A stretch of 64,000 nt of DNA from Octopus sinensis (GCF_006345805.1 NC_042998.1:100254001-100318000); one strand, 5' to 3'. Positions 13,303 to 27,193 are shown, numbered from the stretch's first letter. Made by a program: numbers and translations. The notes: generated by a model not told the origin, from the letters alone.

Positions 13303-14369
13303 TGTGAAATTAATCTTCCCATTGACTTTCATATTTTAAAGTGAAAATGTGTTTGGATTTATTTTTGAAAGAGAGAGGCGAGAAGACAAGTGTTCGTGGA
13401 TCACTTTTTGAAAAGTCTTTTAGTTACCCATGTATTCTTACTTGAATGTCGAATCAGAAAAGTGCAGTTTCATTAACATTATATATTTTTTCTGCTCACT
13501 TAAGCAACATTGTTTTGATTTTTGTCTTTGTTTATCAGCAGCTCATTATAATTAGTAGCAGACCTCACATCAACACAAACAACTTCAACAGTCACTTTAT
13601 GTTGTGCAGACTCAAATGCTTCTTAAACCTTTCAAACCAGATTTTCCTAGCCAGAAGAGGTTTTCAATTAGAAGTTTCATTTCCCTTTTTCTGCTGTCAC
13701 AAACCTTTGTCCATTTAAAAAAAATTACCATTATGCTTATCAGCTCATTATGTCAAGTCTTATCTTCAATCCATACACTCAAGAGCCATATCGTTTAAAG
13801 CATCACATTAAATATATGAAAAAATAAGGCACAAGCAGTTAACAGAACAGATTCTTGAGCACTTGACTTAATTTTCTCTCCACTGTCATGAATTGTTTTC
13901 ACTGCAGACATTACAAACTTTAATGTTTAAGAAATGTGGCATTACACCTTTTTTAAGTTTAAAACTCAATGTAATCCAACAGTGATGGTGATCAACAATT
14001 TTTCACAAAAACTATGTTGTAAAAACAACTAGCACAAAAAATGAACTACTCTGTGTGAGTAAAAAGTTATTGTCTTCATCCTAAGGATGTAAGGATGGAA
14101 ATGAGATGAAGAAGTTTATAGTGAAACATACACAAACATTTGCACACACATATGTATTTATATATATGTGTACATGTGTCATGATTTTAGCTTTTGAAAT
14201 TGTCAACTTAACTAAAATGCTAAGAAGAAAGTGTAGCTTTAAACCGTAAAGGCGAAATTACAGATCAAAACCTGAAATTAGCAGTCACACTTGACAATTT
14301 TCATTAATACAAAATCCCATAACCTGAGGTAGCCATAATGTGAGTGATGCCTGGATGTACATGTATATA

Positions 14370-14374
14370 CATCC

Positions 14375-14435
<61 letters not shown>

Positions 14436-14875
14436 ACCCATGCCAGCACGGAAGGTGGATGCTAAACGATGACAATGATGATATATATATATATATAATA
14501 TATATATATATAACACACATATATATACACACACATATATATATACATATAATACACACACACACACATATATATAATACATATATATACACACATATAT
14601 ATATACATATATATACACACATATATATATACATATATATACACACATATATATATACATATATATACACACATATATATATACATATATATACACACAT
14701 ATATATATATACATATATATACACACATATATATATACATATATATACACACATATATATACACATATATATACACACATATATATATACATATATATAC
14801 ACACACATATATATATATATAACACACATATATATACACACACATATATAATATATATATATATACACAACACAC

Positions 14876-14910
<35 letters not shown>

Positions 14911-15212
14911 TATATATATATACACACACACACATATATATATACACACACACACACATATATAATATACACACACACACATATATATATAACACACACA
15001 CACACATATATATATATACACACACACACATATATATATATACACACACACATAATATATATATATATACATATATATACACACACACACACACACACAT
15101 GCATTCATATATATATACACACATTCATTCATGTATATATATATATATATATAATATATATATATATACATATATATACCACACACACACACACACATAT
15201 ATATACATATAT

Positions 15213-15243
<31 letters not shown>

Positions 15244-15556
15244 ATATATATACACACACATATATACATATATATATATACACACATTCATTCATGTATA
15301 TATATATATATATAATATATATACACACATTCATTCATGTATATATATATATATACAACACACACATATATATATATATATACACACAATATATATATAT
15401 ACAACACACACATATATATATATATATCCCACCCATGCCAGCACGGAAGGTGGATGCTAAACGATGACAATGATGATATATATATATATAATATATATAT
15501 ATATATATCCCACCCATGCCAGCACGGAAGGTGGATGCTAAACGATGACAATGATG

Positions 15557-15589
<33 letters not shown>

Positions 15590-15645
15590 AATATATAAAA
15601 TACACATATCCACACACACATACACACATATATGTACATATGTAG
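14370..15645. repeat. Compound (TA)n/(CA)n minisatellite tract with three identical 52-bp SINE-tail fragments
   Basis: Low-complexity tract, with atcccacccatgccagcacggaaggtggatgctaaacgatgacaatgatgat at 14431, 15426 and 15507. Confidence 0.95.
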
Positions 15646-15946
15646 ACACACAAACACACTTTACCTTAGCGAAAATCAGATACTCCTCATATAACTTTAA
15701 AATAACAACATTTTGGGGTTGTGCATCTCATAAAAATGATTCTACCTTCTTCAGTGTAGTAGTATCCATAGAGTTCAACTCTAAAGGTTTAATGTCAGAA
15801 TATTCTATCAAGAATCTCTGGAGTTTTCTCTGACCAATGCTTGCAAGAGAGGTCTATATCATTAGCTGTATGTCAATGTAAAATGTGTATTGAAATATAT
15901 CGCAAGAGAAGTGCAATCTCAATATGGGTGTAATAGAGGCAGTATT

Positions 15947-17190
15947 TATGTGATCTGATCAATAAATATCCAGACTGTTGCCATAGTAATGAAACTAAAG
16001 CATACAGAGTTAAGCTGCTTGACAGAGATTGACCTTGAACTCTGCTGTGCATAGGCACTAAGTTTTATCATTCTAGCTCACTTCTGCTGTTTACAGCAGT
16101 GCTTGGAAGGAACATGTAGTGTGTGATTGTCACATTGACCATGACAGAAAGTTGAGAAGAGAATCTGCATCAAATTTTACTAAAAGCTTGGAGATACCTG
16201 CTCAGAGGCCCATGCAAAGTTGCAGAAAGTGTATGGAGAAGAGTGTATGAGCCAAAAAAGTGTCAATAGTAATGAATGTTCTGGGAGACCTGCAACCAGC
16301 AGAACTGAGAAAAACATTGCAGATGTGCATGCAACTGTGAGGGGAAATCATCAAATCACCCTTCCGTGAGTTATGAGAGGATGTGCAGATTAGTTACAAT
16401 TCAGTTCAGTCCATTATCACCGAAGATTTGGATATGAGATGCAGGTCTGCCAAGTTTGTACCAAAACTGCTTTCAGCTGATTGGAAAGATACTTGGGTTT
16501 CAGCTGCGCAAGATCTCCTTGATTGTATCGAGAACAATGAAATCTTTTTGAAAACGGTCATAATGGGTGATGAATCACATCACTATGGCTATGACCCCCA
16601 AACAAAGGCTCAGTTTTTGCAGTGGAAGACCCCCCCTCCTCTCTGAGACTGAAGAAGGCACAAATAAGTTGAAGCAATGTGAAGACACTGTTGACCGTTT
16701 CCTTCAACTACAAGGGGATTGTTCATCATGAGTATGCTCTACCTAGTCAGACAGTAAACAAAGAGTACTATGACATTTTGCGGCATTTTTTGGATGCTAT
16801 CTGTTGGAAAAGGCTACAATTGCACCATGACAATGCACCTGCCCATTCAGTGCAGCTTGTGCAGCAGTTTTTGGCTAGATACAGCATTTCCCAGGTCCAA
16901 CAGCCACTGTATTCCCCAGATCTTGCCCCTTACAACTTCTTCCTCTTGCCAAAAATCAAATACCACTTGAAAGGAAGAAGTTTCTAGAACATCAAGGAAA
17001 TCAAAGTGAATGTGACGAGGCAACAGCTGATTATCCCTGATTATCCAGGAATGCTTCCATCAATGGAAACAGTGCTGGATTAAGCGTGTGACTTCTGAAG
17101 GGGACAACTTTGAAGGAGGTTAAATGCCAAATTGGTATGTATTGTAGTTTTCTTTTTATAGCACCAGATCCTTATTGATCAGATTTCGTA
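15947..17190 (+). mobile_element. Mariner (Tc1/mariner, irritans-like) DNA transposon, full length but decayed
   Basis: Imperfect TIRs (tatgtgatctgatcaataaa at 15947; cttattgatcagatttcgta ending 17190) with terminal TA. The transposase relic at about 16141-17123 has RICIKF, AKFVPKLL, MGDESHHYGYDPQTKAQ, HHDNAPAH and YSPDLAPYNFFL motifs, plus stops, frameshifts and deletions; the third catalytic D is changed to N. Confidence 0.93.
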
Positions 17191-20100
17191 CACAATAATG
17201 TAGCTTGGTTTCTAACAATGAATTTTTTGTTCTTTTCCTTTTATATCAAATTGGAGCTTACATGGGTTTGCTTCATATCCTACACACATACACACACACA
17301 CACATTGCTTCAAATAACAATCTTTTATTGCATACCACTAAAGTATATTCCATATGATTAGGGATTCTGCTCTACATTCTATTTATAATCAGTCATACAT
17401 ATACTAGCTGACTCTTAAACAGTTAAATTAAAGACTGCAACAGTCTAAAATAGTATATCTGTAGTGCTGGTCTGAGAATAGATACATGGTGACTTAATGA
17501 ATTGGTACATAGATGCGCATTCATCAACACCATTCTTTTCATAGCTATTTTTCCCTTGCTCCCATAAATTGAGTTTGTTTTTCTAAATAACTTATCATTT
17601 AGTTATTTCATTTAGCAATTGGTGAGGAGTTTATTTTTGTCTACCTCTGTTTTGTGTACCATCTGTCAACTAGTATGTTTTGTTTCTCATGGTACAAAAC
17701 CATACACCCACAACATTTCTCAAACAAATCAGACCTGATGTCATTATTGTTAATATTAAGCTATTCTTCAGATAATATTCTTGATTCATAAATAACATTA
17801 TAAATTCATTGCTTACTCATACTACTAATGAACCATTCTTGTTATTTATTCTCATGTCAAACTTGACTGAATAAACCCACAATAAAAGACATTCAAACAA
17901 TGATCATCACAACTTTTTTTTTTGCAGGTATAGTGTCTAGAACTACATTATTCAATGTGCCACACATTTTTTTAAAGATGATAGAGTAAGATTTGGTAGC
18001 CAATTCTAACAGGCCAAGCCACCACACATGAGGTACCACATATTGTGAGACGACAGTAAGTTCTTACCTGAATAAGTAAAGGTGAAACTGGTAGCAAACT
18101 CTATCTAAATTCTCATTGGCAATCATATTTCAATTCCCAGGAAGTGCAAATACACTTGGGAAAAAGAAGGATTCCCCTTACTTTTCTTCACATGAAGGCA
18201 GTAAATGTGAAAATGTAGTGGCCACTTAGAATTTTATTCATGAATTTATCAGACCATGCAAAAGATGAATCTACATTCACTGGAATACAATAAAACACTC
18301 CAAACATAATAATACAAACTGATTTTGGTCAGAATGAAGTTCCTTCTTCAACAATGCTGAAGTTTTTATTTTGAGTTATTTTTTAAAACAAACATCTTCA
18401 AGTGACAAAAGACACATTACTATCTTTTGTCCATTTTGCATCAGGATCATTTAAAGATCCATGACTGAACTGAATAACTTTAACAAAAGAAACCTTGATA
18501 TCTTTAGAAAGATAGGTACTTTGGTGAATAAGCACCAAAGATACTCTTACATCATTCATTGTCTTCATATTTACTAGCATTTTCAATCTGAATAATAATA
18601 TTTTTTTAAAACTAGTTTCAGGTTGAAGCTTTAAGGAATTTTACTTTTAAGAATTTTTTGTTGTTGTTAATTTTAAAGAATTAAAGCTTTTCATTTATTT
18701 CAGGTTATATACTATCTCTAAAGAGAAACGCTAAGAAAGAAATAGAAAGAAAGAGGGAGACAAAGATGCATAAAAAAAAAAAAAAACAGGCAGATTTAAT
18801 TGTAGGTGATGATAATGACAATAACGGACTGCAAGGGATGATAGTGGACATGACACAGAGCTATTTTTATAATCTTAAAAGAAATTATAAAAACAGCATA
18901 TAATTTCAGAATTTCTCTGAAGCCTTTACCTAATATCATATAATAAAATTATTCAATTTTGCATATGTTGATAAGACAAAAAAAAAAAACCCAGCAACAA
19001 AACAAAAAGGCAGAACATCAACTGCTTCTCTATTGGCTAGTTTGGTTTTAAGTACGTGTAGTTGATGTTTTGTTAAGCATCATCAATCACATGTGCAATC
19101 ATCAAAATGTAAATCAATAAATAAGGTTAACTCCCTTATCACATGCAATTCTTGTATTGTAATGCCAATTTCTCTACCTTCTTTCTTTAAGTATAGGCTT
19201 TCTGATATCACAATTTAAATGAAGTTTGAAGTTTTCAAATTATGTTTTTTGTAGATGTTGTTGATGGTGATGATAACAATGATGATGGAATTTTTGATGA
19301 TTGATGAGTTAATCATTCCAAAGTTCCATGAAGTACCCAGTACATTTATATTATTAAATTTCATACAGACTGAGAATAAAAGAAGTGAAAACAGAGAAGA
19401 AATAAAATGTAAGTATTGCTGATTTGATTCATGCAGACATCAATATAATATTACTTGACAACAGCTGAAAATGATCTGCAACATTGAATTAATATTACCT
19501 AGTTGATTAATTAATTAGAGGTGACAAATAATCAGACAAATTAACTACACAAATGAGATAAAGTTAGAAAAATAGCTACACAGAAAATTACTAATAGTCA
19601 AATACTGGTACAAGATTCTTATATAGTATTTATATTAGTTGGTGCATTAAAAAATTGCTATGAGGTATGAAAAGTGAGATGTTAATCTGAATCTTGCAAC
19701 TCCTTCCAACTGAACAAATATAATGCAGTCATTTCATTCAGTTGATAATCTTGGATATTTAGTTACTCATTCATTTTCATAGTTTTAGTCTATTATCAAT
19801 ACATGCAGTAACAACACAACTAGTAATGTTGCTATGATAAAATCATAACTGTTAAGAACTTTATTTGACAAGAAAATGGAAATGGCTATACTACATTACC
19901 TTATTCTAAGCTAAAACTTTATTTGATCATAAGCAATATTGATTTTGTTAAATATATCAATATTATTGAAGCCTTATTTCATCATAAGCAATTATTGTTT
20001 CTTCATACTAAATATAATTATTTTTAGATTTGAACACAAGAATTATAAAAATATATATGAACTATTTAATTCCAACCAATAAAGAGGTGAAAAGAAAATG

Positions 20101-23100
20101 ATTCTTCATAATTCATATATTTCAGTTTAAAAAAGCTCCTAAATTTGTAAGTGATAATATTATGAAGATACACAGATCTGAAGAAGTGGAAAAATATGTT
20201 GATTCTCACTGAGCAATACAAGATGAAAAGAAGATCCACATCATATTTAGCAGCACAATATAAGATTATCTTCATTTACATGGTTGGTCAATGTACGAAA
20301 TAGCAGCCTAATCTCTCTCAAATTACACCCATCCATTTTAAAGAAAGCAAAGACATTGTTTAATGTAGTTCTAGATACACTCCATCTGAAAAGAAGATAG
20401 GATGGACATGGCATAATGCTCCATCAAAAGTCTGACAGTAAGAATGATGATCATACACAACAAAGTTGCTGTAATGACACTGAATCCCCACAATTCAAAT
20501 ATATAATTATTAAAATACATTATTAATTAATATATTTCAATTCTCTAAGGCAGCAAGCAGGCAGAATTGTTAGCATATGAGGCAAAATGCTAAGCGGCAT
20601 TTTGTCCGTCTATATTCTGAATTCAAATTCTGCAGAGGTTGACTTTGCCTTTCATACTTTTAGAGTCAATAAAATAAATACTAGTTGAGCACGGGAATTG
20701 ATGTAATCAGCTTGCCCACCTCCCCTGAAATTGCTGACCTTGTGCCAAATTTTGAAAACAATATATTTCAATTCTCAAATATTTAATGATTAATAACACA
20801 ATACTTTCTAAAATTTAATTATCTAATTGGTTTTTTAAAATATAGTCTTATATTTAAGGATTCTAGCGTAGTTTATTTAGTTAAATATTGAATTCCAGAA
20901 CTGAAATGTAAGTTCAGTCCTTAGCCGACAACATTTGTTTAAAAATGGTAAATTATTATTTTCATGATTACATGCAAGCATTGTGTTTTGGTTTGTTAAG
21001 CTGAAAACTTCAAATTTAACCTTGAAAAGAAACTTGCATCAAGCTCAGTAGTTAGAGAAATAATGGAAGTATCTGATGAACATAAGCAAACAGTCAGGAA
21101 ATAAAAAAAAAACCTGCAAGAAGAAATGTCTTATCTGAAGATTTAAACATCTAAGGTATCCTGAGAAACAAAAGCAAAGCAAAATATAAGAAAGAAATAA
21201 TATATCTCTCACAACAATCCCTTCAAAAGTCCGTTTTCTTTACAACAATTCCATATAAGTAAAATAATTACTCTTGGAAAGACAAAATATGATATGAAAA
21301 ACTAAATGCCAACAAAAGCAGGCATGTGAAAGAAGCAAAAATAGAAGCATGCAAATCTAACTAGTCAACATTCTTCACAATTTTAACATGCCAACAAGCA
21401 GATATATTGGAAAATCTCACATTAAATATTAAAATAAACATTATCCTGGAAAACTGATGAAAAGAAAATCAGAACCATATTTTATGATGCTTTGTTGATT
21501 AGATCAATCATCAATCAACATTAGGTCAATCATTATCATCATCATTATCAAGTGTTTTAAATATTTTTACATGGCTTTAAAAAAAATAACAAACTATCAT
21601 GAGTCACTAAAAACTGGTAATTTTGTTAAGTCAAGTTTAAAACTCTTCATTTAAAATTTGCCAATCCTTCATCTATCACATACTTGATCCATTTCTAACA
21701 TAAACAACATCTGGTGCTTTTAACTTCTAATATCTTTTTGAAATCCTCTTGAAATGTTACTATATTTTAAGGAAAATTACTACATTTAAGAGGACATAAG
21801 TTAGAAATAATAAAATAAAATAAAAATAGATAGCACCATAACTACTGACACTGTAGAGCCTTTTACTCAAGGTTTAATTTAAATCCTTTAATGTGTGTCC
21901 ACTGGTTTTGGTTTATTTAGGTTGTACTTAAATTGGAGACTAGACCTTTGTGATTATAAATGACATGATGAAAACAAATATCAATAATATAACGCTAAAT
22001 GTCAAACAAGATGAAGGATGTTATAAATCTGTTCCATGCACATATGAGTCCATATGAAGACTAATGTAATTGTAAATAAAGAAATCTAAAAACAATGCAA
22101 CAATTACAATTGTGTTGTAATCTAGAGCAGCTAGATAACACTCTATACCACACACACACACATACGTACACACACACACTACAGACTAGATCAGTAGGGA
22201 ATAAGTGAATAGTTAGGTTTAAAAGTTATGCTGACTGTTATATTTCAGAATAAGCTGTTTTTACTGCTGGAATCTCCTTGCAACAAATTCCCAGGAATTG
22301 TCTCAGTTGAATTGTTCAGTAAAAAATGTGTTAATGAATTGTAAGATATGGAAATATTTGCCCATAACAATTTTGAACATCAAAAATAGTATTAAAATTA
22401 TTTTTTAACTAGCTCACAGAACCACTTTCTAAAAATATATTGTTCAACATTTTCTTTTTTGTTCCACTGATTACAAGCCTTAAAATAGAGGTAAGTAAAT
22501 ATCAAGAAATAATCCTTGTACGATATCTTAAGAGCATACCAGTTATTACAAATATCATTGATTACAGTAACAGTACTTGAAAATGGCCACGATTACTTGA
22601 CTATTGGAAACAAGGAATGAAGATTGAATAGAATAAGAAAATACAATCAAATCAACTACCTACTTACACATTTGGTCAACTGACATGTTCTTTGTTTTAA
22701 AGTAAAACAGAACTAAATAAAAAAAAAATGGCACAGGAGGATATGAAGTCACACAAGTCAGCTGATATCTTCAGTGAGAGTTCTACTGATGAAGAAGTTG
22801 TTTCAAAAGCAACATAAAATAATAATCGCTAGTAAGGACCCAATATTTTGTGTTAGCAGTGCAATATTCTCATTCTTAAGTTTATAGATTTTCTATAGAA
22901 TTCAGAGCCAGCACTGAAAGCTATGACATTTCATATATGAATACATTTATGTAAATAATACAACTGCAGATGCAAGAAATAGGTAATGGGTGTATATGTA
23001 TATAACAACTCTTGAAATATGCAATGTTTACATAAACGTGTTCATATACAAAACATTAAAACTTTTAGTATTTGTTCTGAATTTTAAAGAAAATCTGTAG

Positions 23101-23599
23101 AGATGAAAATGAAAATGATAATTGTTTCTCTTGGTTAGGAGCATCAAGGAACTATAAAAAAAATGCCAAGAAGCATTTAAGGACTCTAGCAAAGTAAGAG
23201 GAGAAAATTTATTTCAATTGAGAATCAAACTGAGTTGTTTTATCTTGCCAGAAGCATACTTATCCCTCTACAGTGAAACTAAGATTGTAACCTTCCTCTA
23301 CAGTGAGACAGTGTAACCTGAAGATAAATAATCATCATTTTTCATTACTATTATGATATAGATGACCAGTAGAATAATAGGGGTAAGGAGAACTGGACTA
23401 AATGCAATGTGGTCTTTGTTACATCTCTTTATGGTTCAAGTTCAAATCCTGCTGAAGTTGACCCAGCCTCTTATGCCTTTGGGATTGATAACATAACTAC
23501 AAGTAATGTACTGAGGCAATTGAATTGATTATACACTTTCCAACAAATTAGTGGTTCAGTGTCTGTTAAGGAACTAGTAATGAAATTAATATTATTATA

Positions 23600-24110
23600 A
23601 ACCCAATATGATCTTACCAGCAATGGAGTGGTCTGGCAAGTAATATGTTAAAAAACAGTGGCTGTCAGAATTAAGATGGTATTCAGTTATGAAGGATTTT
23701 ACAATCCATTGTGATTCAGTGACTGATGCTCAGAGACTAGAAATTGTTGTTCATAAAATGATGAAGGAAACCAAGATCATAGATATTGCCATACCTGGGG
23801 ATATACGAGTGAATGATAAAGAACTGAGTAGTACAAGCTACTAAAAGATGAGATTGCATGAATGTGGGTGATAAAGAAAGTAACTGCCATACCAGTAGTT
23901 GTAGGAGAACCAGGAGCATTAACAACCCAGTTTGAGAAATTTGTTAGGAAAACCAGGACTGACATACGGGTAGTCAGAAAATACGGGTAGTCAGAAAATT
24001 GCTTCATTGGCAATGACAAGGATTTTCAGATTGATACTTGGATGTTAAGAACCATGGAAAGAGACCCTGTGAGACCCTTGAAAACAGGTTATTGTCTACT
24101 GTAACAGAAT
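23600..24110 (+). mobile_element. RLE-type non-LTR retrotransposon 3' relic (R4/Dong-, NeSL- or CRE-like), endonuclease region
   Basis: Frameshifted translation DFTIHCDSVTDAQRLEIVV..KETKIIDIAIPGDIRVNDKE..YKLLKDEIA*MWVIKKVTAIPVVVGEPG resembles the restriction-like endonuclease C-terminus of RLE LINEs. Confidence 0.75.
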
Positions 24111-24299
24111 TAGCCAGAGCAAGTGAAATCAAGAGCTCTGAGATGTGAAATGATAATGATAACCACAACACAGGAGAACATGCTTTAGTAAATGTGAGCA
24201 CTTCTTCCAAAAGAAAAAGTTGTTTCAATCAAATAACTTCAGATTCTTCAGAACATAAACGAATAAAACTAGAAAAAAATTAAATAAAACTGGAGGACA

Positions 24300-25360
24300 C
24301 ATCATCATTGATGAAAATTCTAGCATTTAGGAGAGAATCATCATCAGAAAAGAAATGAAAGATATAATAGCACCATAAGCATGAGGCCTCCATAGGTGAC
24401 AAGAAAGTCACCAACAAATCAAGAACTTTAGACAACTATAAAGTCCCAGAGATTGAAAAAGATCCTACTTCCAGGCTAAAGTATGGGTACATGGGATAAT
24501 ATTCAATAAATTAGCAAGCAAACCGGCATCAATACCTGATTGAGTGTTGGAGGGGAAAATAACATTAATTCCCCACAAACAAAAATGTCAAGGAAAGGTA
24601 TTACTTATTTGCCCATCACATACAAAGATCTTAAACCCACACACTATAATGGACAGGTCACTCATTTGGAGAGCATCAGCATAATATGAGAGAAGTAGAC
24701 AAGATACCGGAAGGGGATGTATGATTTTAGAAAGATGCTAGTAGTGAACAAAGCTATTATAACAGTAAAAAGTGAAAAGAAGAAAAACTTTAGCATGACC
24801 TCAATTGATTACCAAAAGTATTGTGTATACCTTACTGTTGGATATCTGATACACTCTATGTAAATAAAATAGATCTAATACTAGCAAGATACATGACACA
24901 TGCTATGTCAAAATGAAAAACAACATTGTTACTACAAGGTAAAGCAAGGATAATTAAAACCAGTCTTCTAATCATAAAAAGAGAAATTTTCCAGTGAGAC
25001 TCATCATGCCCTCTCGTTTTTCAACTTACTCTGACTTCAATAACAAATCTACTTAATGAGACTGAATGGTTAAAGCTGCTCCAGATAACCCATACAAAAT
25101 TTCCTCTCCAAGCAGGATTAGAATAATTTTCACAAGGGATTTCAATACCCAGTTGGAAAACCTTCAAAAAATCATTTAGAAATTTAGACAAGACATAAAA
25201 CTGCCAGTTACCAGAAGTATAAGCAAATGAACTAAAACTGTCAATATGATATTACATTCTGACATGAGACTAAATCCACTTGTGTTATCCCAGTAGGTAT
25301 CAAAGGTGCAGGAACAATGGAATCCAAGAGATCCATGAACCCCACAAAAAATGTTAACCA
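24300..25360 (+). mobile_element. RLE-type LINE relic: RT motifs and a second decayed endonuclease tail
   Basis: KNFSMTSIDYQK and IKREIFQ*DSSCPLVFQL resemble RT motifs (IDYxKAyD; GIFQGDSLSPLLF). CVIPVGIKGAGT near 25280 resembles the VIPVVIGALG tail. Confidence 0.6.
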
Positions 25361-25428
25361 GTTAATTACATACACAAGACATGTTGCTGTTTACCTTGAT
25401 GATGATAGTGATTTTACATATATATAAA

Positions 25429-25806
25429 TCCAAATTGAGGGAGTGGAGCAGATAAGATCCAAGTAACATGTATCCTAGCTAGCAGATCCTCTGACGTAAT
25501 AATTACTCAATGAAGGGTACTCAGCTAGCTACTTGTCAGGCTGAAGATACCTTAATTATATGAAGGTCACTTTGTCATTAAGGAATCCCAAGTTAACTCA
25601 CTGAAGATATAATTTGAAACTTATATCTTCAGTGAGTTCTCTTGGGATTCCTTAATACCAATATAACCATCATATAATTAGGGTATCTTCAGCCTGATGA
25701 GCAACTAGGTGAGTACCTTTATTTGAGTAATTATTACATGACAGGATCTGTTAGCTAGGAAGCATATGTAGCCTGGATTTTACTTGCTCCACTCCCTTAA
25801 TTTGGA
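25429..25806. repeat. Long foldback (~185-bp arms, 8-nt loop)
   Basis: ccaaattgagggagtggagca..ctcactgaagatataa | tttgaaac | ttatatcttcagtgag..tgctccactcccttaatttgga. Confidence 0.93.
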
Positions 25807-25999
25807 CCTTTATTCACATTCATACCAGCTGAAGTTGCTAACTGTGAACTATAAAAAACTTTTTTCAGCTTATCAAACTTTGATATGGGAAAGGCTTACA
25901 ACCTTTGACACCAATAAATTATTTTTGTTCCTAAAAGTTGTTTTTATACCTATTGCGGACTACTAAAAAATTACAAACTTCCTAAATTTAGATGCTTGG

Positions 26000-26061
<62 letters not shown>

Positions 26062-26087
26062 ATCCGATCTTCTGATTACTTCATTTC

Positions 26088-26125
<38 letters not shown>

Positions 26126-26197
26126 TAGATAGATAGATATACACATATCTATGAGAGAGAGAGATGTATGTATATAAATAAAATTATGATGATATAT

Positions 26198-26465
26198 ATT
26201 GGTCTTCTTCACTTACAGCTGTTTCTATTAATACTCAATAAACAATAAATTTACATTTATGCGACATTAGCATAATATCATCAGAGGAAAACAGATGTAC
26301 CTTTGGATGCTACATGTGGGTTTGTGAATTCTGCTAAAATGAATTCACAAACACACATATAACATCCAAAGGTAGCCTCTGATGATATCATGCTCATGTC
26401 GCAGAAATGTAAATTTAATGTTCATTCAGTATTGATAGAAATGGCAGTAAGTGAAGATGACCAAT
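26198..26465. ncRNA. Palindromic element with a type I hammerhead ribozyme motif in each arm
   Basis: Minus strand 26284->26214: CUGAUGA-UAUUA..UAAUA-GAAAC-AGCU-GUA. Plus strand 26379-26449: CUGAUGA-UAUCA..UGAUA-GAAAU-GGCA-GUA. Activity untested. Confidence 0.7.
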
Positions 26466-27152
26466 TTACTGTTAATGATAAACAATTATTAACTTCCCAA
26501 CCTCCAGTTTCTTCTGATTTTAAATGAATATAAACTAAATTCTTTTATATGAATACTTCTTTTAAATGAATATAAACTAAATTGCTAAATTTTCTTGAGA
26601 ACATTCCTGCTGTGCTAACCTTGGATCATAGAGTGACCCACTGTGCATGAGGAGACCTATTGTGTCAAGTACGTCAACACCAATATCAAAATAAAAATCA
26701 AATGGAAATTGTAATCAAGATACCTGTGCCGGTGGCACGTAAAAAGCACCATCCAAACGTGGCTGATGCCAGCACTGCCTGACTGGCATCCGTGTTGGTA
26801 ACACGTAAAAAGCACCAACTTATCGTGGTTGTTCGCCAGCCTCCTCTGGCCCCTGTGCCAGTGGCACGTAAAAAGCACCAACTGATCGTGGCTGTTCGCC
26901 ACCCTCCTCTGGCCCCTGTGCCAGTGGCATGTAAAAAGCACCCACTACACTCATGGAGTGGTTGGCGTTAGGAAGGGCATCCAGCTGTAGAAACACTGCC
27001 AGATCAGACTGGAGCCTGGCACAGCATCCTGGCTTCCCAGACCCCAGTTGAACCATCCAACCCATGCTAGCACGGAAAGTGGACATTAAACGATGATGAT
27101 GATATATATATATTATATATCATTTAATTGAACACAACATATCCATTTCCAA

Positions 27153-27193
<41 letters not shown>

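Noticed and set aside
13440-13900. Possible hAT transposase relic on the minus strand (HNELISIM)
   Set aside because: Only one short motif among many stops; insufficient support.
14278-15659. Long ORFs up to 337 aa
   Set aside because: Translations of (TA)n/(CA)n microsatellite.
18066-18590. Minus-strand acceptor/donor pairs and a 62-aa ORF
   Set aside because: Stops occur in all usable frames and there is no homology.
26800-27000. HDV-like ribozyme in family D (GCC-UCCUCU-GGC, CGUAAAA)
   Set aside because: I could not build P1, P1.1 and P2 consistently by eye; an RNArobo HDV descriptor search would settle it.
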